A stretch of DNA of 64,000 nt from Alphaproteobacteria bacterium (GTDB lineage: Bacteria > Pseudomonadota > Alphaproteobacteria > GCA-2731375), in contig CBDDBZ010000035.1 in assembly GCA_965225945.1 (NCBI GenBank), positions 128,001 to 192,000 of the forward strand, in the 5' to 3' direction. Of the stretch, positions 1 to 9,730 are shown in pieces. Position 1 is the first letter of the stretch. Every line of letters begins with the position of its first letter. The notes beneath the pieces are model-generated. The model saw only the letters and a list, made by a program, of their open reading frames with translations. It was not told the DNA's origin and did no database searches. Both the position numbers and the translations under genes were made by a program.

Positions 1-270
1 GGGCCAACTCCCCCGGACGGTGGGACTATATAGCATGATCCCGCCCTGCGGAATTATGTGCTCGACATCGTGTAGGGGCCGCATTCGCCCGCCGTCGTCG
101 AGCCCGGGGCGGAATTTCGCCAGGGGCGCGATTCGATGCTTGCAACCGTTCCGGGGCGGCGTATTGATTGCGTTCCGGACGTGGCCGCGCCCGGCGCCAG
201 GGCGCCGGCCCGGGATGTCGGCCCAGGGCGCCGGCCCAGGGCGCCGGCGACGAGACGAGGCGGAATACCG

Positions 271-1524
271 ATGGATGGCGCCTTCCGCAATCTCGCGCCG
301 CTCTTCGCCTCGGTCGGCATCCTGCTCGCGGGCAACGGCCTGCAGGGCACCTTGATCGCCGTCAGGGCCAATCTCGAGGGCTATTCGACCACCTTGATCG
401 GCCTCATGGGGACGGCCTATTTCCTGGGCTTTATTTTCGGCTGTCTTTCGGCCGGGCACCTGGTCCGACGGGTCGGCCATATCCGGGTCTTCGCCGCCTT
501 CGCGGCGACGGCGGCGGCCACGACGTTGGCGATGGTGGTCATCGTCGACCCCTGGTCCTGGATGGCGATCCGCCTGGTGCAGGGCGCCTGCTTCGCGGTC
601 CTGGTGACGGTGGTCGAAAGCTGGCTCTCCGAGAGCAGCCGCAACGCCGACCGGGCCCGGGTGCTGGCGACCTACAACATGGTCGACTTGGTCTCGGTAC
701 TGGGCGCCCAGTTCATCCTGCCGCTGGCGGGACCGGAAGGCTTCCTCGCCTTTTCGTTGATCGCCATGGCCTATTCGCTGGCCGTGGTGCCGGTCTCGCT
801 CGCCCGGGTGGCGAGCCCGAACCTGCCGGCGACGGGCCGGGTCAGGCTCGCCAAGGCCTGGGCGGTCTCGCCGATGGCGGTCTTCGGCTGCGTCACCATC
901 GGCATGACCAGCGGCGCCTTCCGCGCCATGGGGCCGGTCTACGCCCAGGAGATCGGCTTCGACGTCAGCCAAGTGGCGCTCTTCATCGGCGCCGGGATCC
1001 TGGGCGGAGCGGTGGCGCAGTATCCGCTGGGCGCTTTCTCCGACCGCTTCGATCGACGCTGGGTGCTGACGCTGGTCACCGCCGGGGCGATGCTCTCCGG
1101 CCTCTTCCTGGGCGCGCTCGACCTCGATGCCGGCGCCTGGATGGTCTATGGCGGCGCCTTCGTTTTCGGCGCCTTCGCCATGCCGCTCTATTCGCTCTCG
1201 GTGGCGCACGCCAACGACTTCAACACCGATGGCGACTACGTCGGACTGTCGGCGGCGCTGATCCTGTCCTATTCGCTCGGCGCGGCGGCCGGCCCCTTCA
1301 TCGTCTCGGTGGCGCTCGACCTGTTCGGCCCGCGCTCCTTCTTCCTCTACACCAGCATCTGTCACGGTGCCCTGGTGCTGTTCGGCCTCTACCGGATGAC
1401 CCAGCGCGATACCGTGGCGGCGGAACGGACCACCCGCTTCGTCGCCCTGCTCAGGACCTCGCCGACCCTCTCCCGCCTGGTCCGGCGCCAAGCCATGCGC
1501 CGAGGCGCGCCGAAGATCGAATAG
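271..1524 (+). CDS. MFS transporter (YcaD-like)
   Basis: About 12 hydrophobic segments; GNGLQGTL, RRVGHIRVF and SDRFDRR MFS motifs; ATG at 271 after GAGG. Confidence 0.9.
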   Translation: MDGAFRNLAPLFASVGILLAGNGLQGTLIAVRANLEGYSTTLIGLMGTAYFLGFIFGCLSAGHLVRRVGHIRVFAAFAATAAATTLAMVVIVDPWSWMAIRLVQGACFAVLVTVVESWLSESSRNADRARVLATYNMVDLVSVLGAQFILPLAGPEGFLAFSLIAMAYSLAVVPVSLARVASPNLPATGRVRLAKAWAVSPMAVFGCVTIGMTSGAFRAMGPVYAQEIGFDVSQVALFIGAGILGGAVAQYPLGAFSDRFDRRWVLTLVTAGAMLSGLFLGALDLDAGAWMVYGGAFVFGAFAMPLYSLSVAHANDFNTDGDYVGLSAALILSYSLGAAAGPFIVSVALDLFGPRSFFLYTSICHGALVLFGLYRMTQRDTVAAERTTRFVALLRTSPTLSRLVRRQAMRRGAPKIE

Positions 1525-1923
1525 CGTCGCGAGGCGGGTCGACGGCCGCCCGCGACGATTCGTTGAAACAAACGAAACTGTAATATCGCGGCTGGAGCTC
1601 GGCCAAATTCTTCGACGACACAGTATTCGCCAAGAAAGGCGCAAACAGCTTAGTGGATTGAGAGATAACGGAAAGTTCCCCCTCGTCATCAACAGTTATT
1701 TCGAATTGTTTCCGTAACCTAGCCCGAATACTCGAGTGAGGCTAAAATGATTCGATTCTGCGCGTCGATCTTCGACGGCGGTCCAAAGGAATGTGGCAAA
1801 GGTACTGTAAATGTCGTCTTGCAATCGCCTGACCATTCGTGCTCAAAACGGGCTCCCTCTCGGACCGGGGGGGACGGTGGGAATGCGTAGCGTGCCGGCG
1901 GCGACAGAATAGGGCGGGTCCCA

Positions 1924-3240
1924 GTGAAGAATGACACCAGCGCCAGCGGCGAGGCGGCGGCTTTCGAGGACGCCGGCACCGTTCGCGAGCATTCGGCGGC
2001 CGCCGGCCTGCCGGACACGCCGACGGTCTTCGCGCGGTTCTCGGCTTACAAGCAGCTCATGCGGCGGTTCCGCGAGGTCGAGGAGAAGCAGATCTCGCTG
2101 CCCTACTTCCTCCCCCGCGACAGCATCAACGACAGCGTCGTCAAGTGGGCGGACGGCCAGTACATTAACTGGTCCGGCTACAACTATCTGGGTCTCTCCG
2201 GGCATCCCGAGGTCTCCCGAGCGGCCAAGGACGCGATCGACCAATACGGCACCTCCGCCTCGGCCAGCCGCATCGTCTCCGGCCAGCTCGCGCTGCACGA
2301 GGAGCTGGAGCGCGAGATCGCCGATTTCCTCGGCGTCGAGGACTGCATCATTTTCGTCAGCGGCTACGGCACCAACGTCACCACGATCGGCCATCTCTTC
2401 GGGCGCAACGATCTGGTGATGCACGACACGCTGGCTCACAACAGCATCATCGCCGGCTGCGTGCAGTCGGAGGCGCGCCGCCTCAGCTTCCATCACAACG
2501 ACTGGGACCAGATGGATGCCGTGTTGCAGGCGCAGCGCACGAAGCATCGCAACGTCCTCGTCACGGTCGAGGCTGTCTACTCCATGGAGGGCGACATCGC
2601 GGACGTTCGCCGCGCCATCGAGATCAAGCGCAAGCACGACGCCCTGCTGATGGTCGACGAGGCCCACTCGCTCGGCATCCTCGGCGCCAACGGCGGTGGC
2701 ATCTGCGAGCATTTCGGCATCGACCCCCGGGATATCGACATCCATATGGGGACCTTGTCCAAGACCTTCGCGAGCTGCGGCGGCTTCATCGCCGGCGAGC
2801 GGGCGCTGGTCCAGTTGCTGCGCTATACCGCGCCCGGCTTCATCTTCTCGGTCGGGCTTTCGCCACCGGACACGGCGGCGGCGCTCGCGGCCCTTCGGGT
2901 CCTCCGCCGCGAGGGCAACCGGGTCGGCGAGCTGCGCCAGCGCGCCCGCTTCTTCCGCGACTGCGCGCGGGAATACGGCCTGAACATGGGCTCCGACGAC
3001 GACACGCCGATCGTGCCGCTGGTCGTCGGCGACCCGCATCGCTGCATGCGTTTGAGCCAACGGCTGTTCGAACTCGGCATCCACGTCCAGCCGATCGTCT
3101 ATCCGGCGGTCAAGGCGGACGCGGCCAGGCTTCGCTTCTTCATCACGATCAACCACACCGAGGAGCAGACCCGCCACACCATGGCGACGGTCGCCCGAGA
3201 GTTGGCGAAGCTCCACTCGGAGGGCGACGCCGCCAACTGA
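1924..3240 (+). CDS. PLP-dependent alpha-oxoamine synthase (AOS / serine palmitoyltransferase-like, RkpG/WcbT-like subtype)
   Basis: NWSGYNYLGL, GTSASASR, HNSI, DEAHSLG and GTLSKT (PLP lysine) motifs. Confidence 0.88.
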   Translation: MKNDTSASGEAAAFEDAGTVREHSAAAGLPDTPTVFARFSAYKQLMRRFREVEEKQISLPYFLPRDSINDSVVKWADGQYINWSGYNYLGLSGHPEVSRAAKDAIDQYGTSASASRIVSGQLALHEELEREIADFLGVEDCIIFVSGYGTNVTTIGHLFGRNDLVMHDTLAHNSIIAGCVQSEARRLSFHHNDWDQMDAVLQAQRTKHRNVLVTVEAVYSMEGDIADVRRAIEIKRKHDALLMVDEAHSLGILGANGGGICEHFGIDPRDIDIHMGTLSKTFASCGGFIAGERALVQLLRYTAPGFIFSVGLSPPDTAAALAALRVLRREGNRVGELRQRARFFRDCAREYGLNMGSDDDTPIVPLVVGDPHRCMRLSQRLFELGIHVQPIVYPAVKADAARLRFFITINHTEEQTRHTMATVARELAKLHSEGDAAN

Positions 3241-4046
3241 TGCGGCCCGGCCATGCCATCGTCAGCGGCGGCTCCAGCGGAATCGGCCTGGCACTCTCGC
3301 GCCGCCTCTCCGCCGCCGGCTGGTCTCTCACCATCATCGCCCGCGATCTCGCGCGGCTGGAGGCGGCGCGCGAGGAATTGACGCGTACCGGTGGCGGCGA
3401 GGTCCATTTGGAAAGCGCCGACGTCGCCGACTCCTCGGCGATCGAGGCCGCCGTCGGCCGGGCGATCCAGCGCTTGGGACCGCCCGGCCTCGTGGTCGCC
3501 AGCGCCGGCACGGCGCAACCCGGCTATTTCGAGGAGTTGCCGCTCGAGGTCTTCGAGCGCGCCATGGCGGTCAACTATTTCGGCGCGCTGCATCTCGTCC
3601 GTGCCGCCCTGCCGGCGCTGCGGGCAGCGCGGTCGGGGCGGATCGTGCTGATCGGCTCCGGCGCGGGGCTCGTCGGCCTGTTCGGCTACGCCGCCTATTC
3701 GCCGAGCAAGTTCGCGCTCCGGGGCTTCGCCGAAGCGCTCCGGGCGGAACTCCGGCCGGCGGGCGTCGGGGTCTCGATCGTCTATCCGCCCGACACCGAC
3801 ACGCCGCAACTCGCGGCCGAGAACGAAACCAAGCCGGCCGAGACCCGGGCCATCACCAAGGCCGGCGGCGTCATGAGCCCCGAGGCGGTCGCGGGCGCGA
3901 TTCTGAAGGGGATCGAACGCGGCCGCTTCTGCATTACCCCCGGCTGGGAGATGACCCTGCTGGCGCCGCTCGCCGGCCCGCTGGCACCGCTGCTGCGGAG
4001 ATATTTCGACCATCTGGCGCGCCGCGCCGCCCGCAAGAGAAGGTAG
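3240..4046 (+). CDS. SDR, 3-ketodihydrosphingosine reductase (KDSR/FVT1)-like
   Basis: SGGSSGIG, YSPSKFALRG and VYPPDTDTPQLAAENETKPAET; start overlaps the AOS stop (TGATG). Confidence 0.85.
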   Translation: MRPGHAIVSGGSSGIGLALSRRLSAAGWSLTIIARDLARLEAAREELTRTGGGEVHLESADVADSSAIEAAVGRAIQRLGPPGLVVASAGTAQPGYFEELPLEVFERAMAVNYFGALHLVRAALPALRAARSGRIVLIGSGAGLVGLFGYAAYSPSKFALRGFAEALRAELRPAGVGVSIVYPPDTDTPQLAAENETKPAETRAITKAGGVMSPEAVAGAILKGIERGRFCITPGWEMTLLAPLAGPLAPLLRRYFDHLARRAARKRR

Positions 4047-4054
4047 CGATCGAC

Positions 4055-4867
4055 ATGACCGACAAACTCGCCGACTTCGGTGGCGGCATACCCGCGAACT
4101 ACGACCATGGCCTCGGGCCGCACATCTTCGTCGACTATGCCGCCGATCCCGCGGCCCGCGTCGCCGGGGGTGCGCCGGTGGACGTGCTCGAGCTGGCGGC
4201 GGGCACGGGCATCGTCAGCCGGGCGCTCCGCGACGCACTAGCGCCGACGGCGCGGCTGCTGGCGAGCGACCTGTCGGAGGGCATGCTGGCGGTGGCGCGC
4301 GGCAAGTTCGGCGCGGGTGAGCGGGTCGAGTTCCGGACTGCCGACGCGACGGCGCTGCCGTTCGAGGGCGATAGCTTCGACGCCGTCGCCTGTCAATTCG
4401 GCGTGATGTTCTTTCCCGACCAGGACGAGGGGTATCGCGAGGCATGGCGGGTGTTGCGCTGCGGCGGCCACTATCATTTCAACGTCTCGGATTCCATCGA
4501 CCACAATCCCTTCGCCCGGGTGACCGGCGAGGTCGCGACCGGGTTTTTTCCCGAGGATCCGCCCCGGTTTTACGATGTACCGTTCGGCTATTACCGGATC
4601 GAGCCGGTCAAGGAGGCCCTGTTGGCGGCCGGCTTCGCCGATATCGAGGCCGCCGTGGTGACGATCGACAAGGAGATCCCGGAGGCGGCGGTGTTTGCCC
4701 GGGGCTTAGTCCATGGCAATCCGTTGATCGAGGAGATCAAGTCGCGCGGCGGCGTCGAGCCCGAGGCGGTGGTGGAGGCACTCACGCGCGCCCTCCAGGA
4801 CGCCTTCGGCGCCGATCCCGGCCGCATGCCCCTCCAGGCGATCGTCTTTTCCGCTCGCAAGCCCTGA
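4055..4867 (+). CDS. Class I SAM-dependent methyltransferase
   Basis: VLELAAGTG, ADATALPF, CQFGVMFFPD. Confidence 0.9.
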   Translation: MTDKLADFGGGIPANYDHGLGPHIFVDYAADPAARVAGGAPVDVLELAAGTGIVSRALRDALAPTARLLASDLSEGMLAVARGKFGAGERVEFRTADATALPFEGDSFDAVACQFGVMFFPDQDEGYREAWRVLRCGGHYHFNVSDSIDHNPFARVTGEVATGFFPEDPPRFYDVPFGYYRIEPVKEALLAAGFADIEAAVVTIDKEIPEAAVFARGLVHGNPLIEEIKSRGGVEPEAVVEALTRALQDAFGADPGRMPLQAIVFSARKP

Positions 4868-4878
4868 CCGCGTCACCC

Positions 4879-5931
4879 CTAACGCCGTTCGCGCCGGGGC
4901 AAGAGACGCGCCAGCGCCGCCGCCGGCAGGAAGCTCAGGCCGTTGCAGAAGATCACCAGCATCACCGCATGGATCACGCCCCCGGCACCGTAGTGGAGCA
5001 GCAGCTCGAGCAGGTCCGGCATGTTGGCGAGCACCGCCTCGCGCCAGGCGGGGGAACAGCTCGTGGCGAGGAGAAGCGGCAGGACGACGAGCGAGGTCAG
5101 GGCGAGCAGCCAGTTGAGCCCGCCCATCCGCTCCCGGCCTCGGCGAAATTCGAAATAATTGTAGATGCCGTAGAGCACCAGCGTCGGCCAGATCAGCAGG
5201 TCGAGCTGACGGTCGATCAGCATCTCCCGCGCGAGGCCCCGGCTGGGACAGAGCTCCCCCAGCAGGCGCGAAGGGTTGATCGCCAGGGTCTCCACGAGCG
5301 CGACCCACGCCTCGAAGCTGTCGGGGCGCTGGTGGGCGAGCCAGAGCAAGCCTGCGGTATAGCCCGCCACCAGCACCAGATAGCCGAGCGCCAGCCAGTC
5401 GGAGACGAAGAGCACCACCTCTTCCTCGTCGTCATCCTCGGGCGCATCCGCCTGCCGGTCGCCGGCGATCGCGGCGCGGGCCGCCAGCTCGCGGGCGATC
5501 TCCGCCACGTTCCCGGCGTTGGTGCCGCCGTCGAACAGTTGCAGGCGCTTCGGCCGGCTTCGCACCCGGACCTCGCTGCGCCCGGCGGCGGTCGGCGCGA
5601 CGCGGATCGAGACGACCTCGCCAAAGCTCTGCTCGCCGGCCGCCGTGCGGGCGACCAGCTCGGGCACCGGTCCCTCGTTCGCCTCGATCTCGGGACGCCC
5701 CGGCAACGTGGCGAGGGCGGCCCAGCCATGATCGACCGTCTCCTCCGCTCGCGGCGAGAGTGTCAGCGTCTTCTGGAATTGGCAGAAGCCGGGTGCGAGC
5801 TCGACGCCCAGGCGCTCGGCGTGGCGCCTCGCCACCCGACGGCTGGCGAGGCGAAGCACGACCAACGCCACGACCGCCACCGCGATGGCGAGGGATGTCC
5901 AAAGCGCGACGTCGATGAGCGTCATCACCAA
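4879..5931 (-). CDS. Hypothetical membrane protein
   Basis: N-terminal TM segment, soluble domain, then several TM segments; no recognised motif. Confidence 0.6.
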   Translation of the reverse strand: MVMTLIDVALWTSLAIAVAVVALVVLRLASRRVARRHAERLGVELAPGFCQFQKTLTLSPRAEETVDHGWAALATLPGRPEIEANEGPVPELVARTAAGEQSFGEVVSIRVAPTAAGRSEVRVRSRPKRLQLFDGGTNAGNVAEIARELAARAAIAGDRQADAPEDDDEEEVVLFVSDWLALGYLVLVAGYTAGLLWLAHQRPDSFEAWVALVETLAINPSRLLGELCPSRGLAREMLIDRQLDLLIWPTLVLYGIYNYFEFRRGRERMGGLNWLLALTSLVVLPLLLATSCSPAWREAVLANMPDLLELLLHYGAGGVIHAVMLVIFCNGLSFLPAAALARLLPRRERR

Positions 5932-5954
5932 TCAGACTGAGTTTCGCCGCGCCG

Positions 5955-7031
5955 TCAGTCCTTGTCCCCGCGTTGGCGATCGAGTTGCAGGCGGGCCATG
6001 AACGGCAGGAAGGGGTGGACGCCGAGCGCGTGCATCCTCGCCTCGTCCAAGGACATCAGCGCCGCCCGTTCCGCCTCGCTCAAGGCGTGCCCGCGGGCGA
6101 AGGCTTGCGTGTCGGCGAGATAGCGGGCCCGCGCCTCGGCGTCGTTGGCGAGCGTGTGCAGGGCCGCGCTCAAGGCCACCCGGTCGGCCCGGATCTCGGG
6201 ATAGTGCGGCGGGGCTGCGCTCATCCCCGGCGGCGTCCACCAGGCGAGGGTCGCATAATCGTGGTGCCAGGACGGGTCGAGCGAAGCCATGTCCGGCTTG
6301 CGCTCCCCCAGCATGCCGGCGGCGACGGCCCAGCAGCGAAGCTCGATGTTGCCGGTCCGGTCCAAGCTCGCCTCGTCGAGCGAGAGCAGCCAGCGGAGAT
6401 TGCCGGCCTCGAGCTCGGCCATCAATTTTCGGTCGAAGGCGAGATCGGGGTGGGCATAGCGCTCGGTGCCGGGAAAGTGGGAGAGCCCACCGCTCGCCAC
6501 CACCACCGCGCGGAGCCCGAGCACCGCGAGCCCCCGCGCCAGCGCCCGGCCGAAGCCATGGCAGCGCTCGATCGACGGCTGCGGCGGGATATAGGCGTTG
6601 ACATAGACCGGGAGGATCGGGCCGACGACGCCGAGAAAATCCAGCGGGATGCCGAAGGCGTAATCGAGCGCGGCGTTGGAGGAGAACGCCGGATCGAAGC
6701 CTTCGGCCTGCAGATGGCGGATCAGGGCGCTGGAGGCCTCGTGCGCGACCTCGTGGCGAAACTCCCGGCCGGCGAAGCCGCCCACCGCCTCCGGGCCCCG
6801 ATGCAGCATGAAGGGCGGCACGCAGTGCAGCAGGAACTGGTTGGCGTGATCGTTGGCGATGACGACGTGGAGGTCCGGTTGCAGAGCCTGGAGCCGGCGT
6901 CCGTTGTCGGCGGCCAGCGCGCGGACGCGTTCGACCGTCGCCTTGTCCTCGGTTTCCGGCAAGGTGAAAAACTGCGGCGCGTGCGCCATGAAGACGCCGC
7001 CCAATATCGTCGTGGTCGTGGCCGTCGTCAT
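5955..7031 (-). CDS. Extradiol ring-cleavage dioxygenase, LigB-like domain fused to C-terminal LigA-like domain
   Basis: MAHAPQ, ANDHANQF, SGGLSHFPG, GNIELR; C-terminal LSEAERAAL...GVHPF (LigA-like). Confidence 0.8.
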   Translation of the reverse strand: MTTATTTTILGGVFMAHAPQFFTLPETEDKATVERVRALAADNGRRLQALQPDLHVVIANDHANQFLLHCVPPFMLHRGPEAVGGFAGREFRHEVAHEASSALIRHLQAEGFDPAFSSNAALDYAFGIPLDFLGVVGPILPVYVNAYIPPQPSIERCHGFGRALARGLAVLGLRAVVVASGGLSHFPGTERYAHPDLAFDRKLMAELEAGNLRWLLSLDEASLDRTGNIELRCWAVAAGMLGERKPDMASLDPSWHHDYATLAWWTPPGMSAAPPHYPEIRADRVALSAALHTLANDAEARARYLADTQAFARGHALSEAERAALMSLDEARMHALGVHPFLPFMARLQLDRQRGDKD

Positions 7032-7136
7032 GTCTGGGCCTCGCCGCCTTCCCCGTCCATGCCACATCTTAAAGCGCCCGGGGGCCGCGTGATAGGATGG
7101 CCGCCGTCGTGGGGCGCCGGGGTCGGACGTGGCGAG

Positions 7137-8009
7137 ATGAACGAGGTTGTCGGTCTTTTCGTTCTGTCGCTGCTGGCGCTCGGCGCCGTCGTGGTGCTGG
7201 TCCTGCCGCGCGTGGCGCCGACGCGGATGGAGGCCGGTCCCCTCTGGCGGCTCTATGGCGCGCAACTCGTCATCGTCGGCTTTATCCTGGGCCCGGCCTA
7301 TCTCGGTGGCTGGGCGCACCTCGCCGCCCTCGTCGTGCTCGTCGTCCGCGCGCAGTGGGAGTTCCTGCGCCTCACCAAGCCGGGAGGCACCTGGAGCCAT
7401 GCCACCCTGGCGCTCGGCGTCGTCGGCTTGCTGGCGGCGGGTTGGCTGGATTCGACTAGTGGCTGGTCGGCCTTTCTGCTGGCGCCGCTCGCCGGGCTCG
7501 CCCTGATCCCCCGCTCGGCGACGCGACCCTTCGCGCTCGAGGCGGCGAGCCTGGTGATCCCCGCCACCCTGGTCGCGAGCCTGGCGCTCCTGGGCCAATT
7601 CGAGAACGGCTTCGCCTGGATCGCCTTCGTCTACGTGGTGGTGGAGGTGAACGACACCGCCGCCTACCTTCTAGGCAAGGCCTTCGGCCGGCGGCGGATC
7701 CTGCCGCGCCTCAGTCCCTCCAAGACCGGAGCGGGGCTCGCCGGCGGCATTGCCTCGGCGCTCCTCGCCGGCCTCGCCGTCGCTGTCTTGGCCCTGGACC
7801 TTCCGTGGGCAATCGCGCTCGGCGCCGTGCTCGCGGCGCTCTTGGGCGGCATCGCCGGCGATCTCGCCACGTCCTGGATCAAGCGGCGGTGGGAGGCGAA
7901 GGATTTCCCCGCGCTGCACCCGGCGCTCGGCGGCGCGCTGGACATCTACGATTCACTGCTCTTCGCGGCGCCGCCGGTCTGTCTTTACCACCGCCTCGTC
8001 GTCGCCTGA
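7137..8009 (+). CDS. Phosphatidate cytidylyltransferase family protein (CTP_transf_1)
   Basis: NDTAAYLLGKAFG, LSPSKT, GDLATSWIKR, GGALDIYDSL. Confidence 0.85.
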   Translation: MNEVVGLFVLSLLALGAVVVLVLPRVAPTRMEAGPLWRLYGAQLVIVGFILGPAYLGGWAHLAALVVLVVRAQWEFLRLTKPGGTWSHATLALGVVGLLAAGWLDSTSGWSAFLLAPLAGLALIPRSATRPFALEAASLVIPATLVASLALLGQFENGFAWIAFVYVVVEVNDTAAYLLGKAFGRRRILPRLSPSKTGAGLAGGIASALLAGLAVAVLALDLPWAIALGAVLAALLGGIAGDLATSWIKRRWEAKDFPALHPALGGALDIYDSLLFAAPPVCLYHRLVVA

Positions 8010-9701
8010 CGTCCCGGCGGCGGCGAGCACGCTGCCGTCCTCGGCGACCAACGCCGGCGTCCGGCCGCCTTGGTGGTCGCTCATCTGGACGATCCGCCCG
8101 TAGTCCATCTTGATCAGTCGGTCGCAGGCGTGGAAGTAGGCGTCGTCGTGGGTCACCGCGATCACCGTCTTGCCGCGCGCCTTCAGCTCGGGCAGCAGAT
8201 CGTTGTAGAAGAATTGTCGGAAGCCCGGATCCTGGTCGGCGGCGAATTCGTCCAGCACGTAGATCTGGCGGTCTTCCAGCGCGGCCACGGCGTAGGCCAG
8301 GCGCTTTCGCTGCCCCGTCGACAAGGCCACGGTCGTGAAGGCGTCGCCATCGAAGCGCGTCTTGCGCGCCAGTTGCATCAGTCGGAGCAAGCGGTCGAGC
8401 TGCCCCAGGTCCGGGTCGGCCATGCCGTGGAGACGGCGGAAGAGGTGGAAGTCGTTGTAGATGGCCGAGAACATCTCCCGGTAGGCCTGCCGCTCGGCGA
8501 CAGGTACCGGCCGGCCGTCGACCAGGATCTGCCCGGCGCTGGCTGTGTAGAGCGCGGTCAGCACCTTGAGCAAGGTGGTCTTGCCCGAGCCGTTGCCGCC
8601 GACGATGAACAGCACCTCGCCACGCCGGATCTCCAGATCCACCGGTCCGAGGTCGAAGGCATCGTCGCTTCCGGCCTCGGCGAAATCGAACTCGATGCCT
8701 TGGAGGCTCAGCGTCTCGAAGGTCATCGCCTCGACCGCCCTGGCCCGGTTCTCGTCCGCCGCCACCTCGGCGTCGAGCGCGGCTTCCAGCTCCCGGACCT
8801 TGCGTAGCGACACCCGGGCCTTGGTCAGGCGTGGGATGGCGGTGACCAGGCTCTCCACCGGGCCGATCAGGAACAGGATGGCGGCGAGGAAGGAGAAGAC
8901 GGTGGCGCCGATCTCCGGCAGCACCTGGGGCAGGATGAAAATGAACACGCCGATCAAGCCGAAGAGGAAGATCTGCGAGGTCATGAAGCCCCGGATGAAG
9001 AGGATCTCCGCGCCGACGTTGAGGTCGCGGTAGTCGCTGGAGACTGCGTCGATCGCATCCTCGACGTCGACGTGGCGGGCCCGATTGAGCTTGATCTCCT
9101 TGTAGCCGTCGAGGATGTCCTTGATGCCGGTGAAGAATTCGGCCTCCTGGGCCCGGGCCGCCCGCACCTTGCTCGCCGCGCGGCGGGCCTGGGCGACGTA
9201 GACCAGGACACCGGCGACGAGGGCGGCGATGGTGCACGACAGCGCCGCCGGCGAGAGCCAGCCGATGTAGCCGAGGCAAAACAGCAGCAGCACCACGTTC
9301 TGCACCGCTTTCAGGAACTTGATCGCCGAGCGGGCAACCTGGGTGATGTCGGTGGTGAGGCGCGCGTAGATCTCGCCGTTCCCTTGGGCTTCGATGAAGC
9401 GCAGGTTGGTGAACAGCAGCTTTTCCGAAATCCGCATGCGCAGTTGCTTGGTCATCTCCTCGACCATCATCTGCATGCGGCTGAGGGCATAGTAGTTGAC
9501 CGCCGCAAACAACAGGACGAAGAAGATGAAGGCGCCGAAATAGCCCCATTCGAACTGGCTCGCCATCACCGCCGCCGCGCCGGCGTTGATCGTCGTCAAG
9601 ATCATGCCGCGCGCCAGGCCCGAGGCCATCGAGGCCCCCATGACGCGGAGCCGCGAGCCCGGTATCTCGCGATAGAAGAAGCGGACGAGTTCGAATGCCA
9701 T
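7953..9701 (-). CDS. Cyclic peptide export ABC transporter (PvdE/SyrD/YojI family)
   Basis: Fused TMD-NBD; GYKEIKLN, GGNGSGKT, LSTGQRKRLA, LDEFAADQDP. Confidence 0.9.
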   Translation of the reverse strand: MAFELVRFFYREIPGSRLRVMGASMASGLARGMILTTINAGAAAVMASQFEWGYFGAFIFFVLLFAAVNYYALSRMQMMVEEMTKQLRMRISEKLLFTNLRFIEAQGNGEIYARLTTDITQVARSAIKFLKAVQNVVLLLFCLGYIGWLSPAALSCTIAALVAGVLVYVAQARRAASKVRAARAQEAEFFTGIKDILDGYKEIKLNRARHVDVEDAIDAVSSDYRDLNVGAEILFIRGFMTSQIFLFGLIGVFIFILPQVLPEIGATVFSFLAAILFLIGPVESLVTAIPRLTKARVSLRKVRELEAALDAEVAADENRARAVEAMTFETLSLQGIEFDFAEAGSDDAFDLGPVDLEIRRGEVLFIVGGNGSGKTTLLKVLTALYTASAGQILVDGRPVPVAERQAYREMFSAIYNDFHLFRRLHGMADPDLGQLDRLLRLMQLARKTRFDGDAFTTVALSTGQRKRLAYAVAALEDRQIYVLDEFAADQDPGFRQFFYNDLLPELKARGKTVIAVTHDDAYFHACDRLIKMDYGRIVQMSDHQGGRTPALVAEDGSVLAAAGTSGDDEAVVKTDRRRREEQ

Positions 9702-9730
9702 GGTCGTGGTGGCCGGGTCTCCCAGGGGGC

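Noticed and set aside
1525-1923. AT-rich intergenic region as an ncRNA or sigma54 promoter
   Set aside because: No recognisable structure and the GG/GC spacing does not fit; probably an ordinary promoter region
1924-3240. Calling the AOS gene bioF
   Set aside because: No biotin genes are adjacent, it has an extended N-terminus and it is coupled to a KDSR-like SDR
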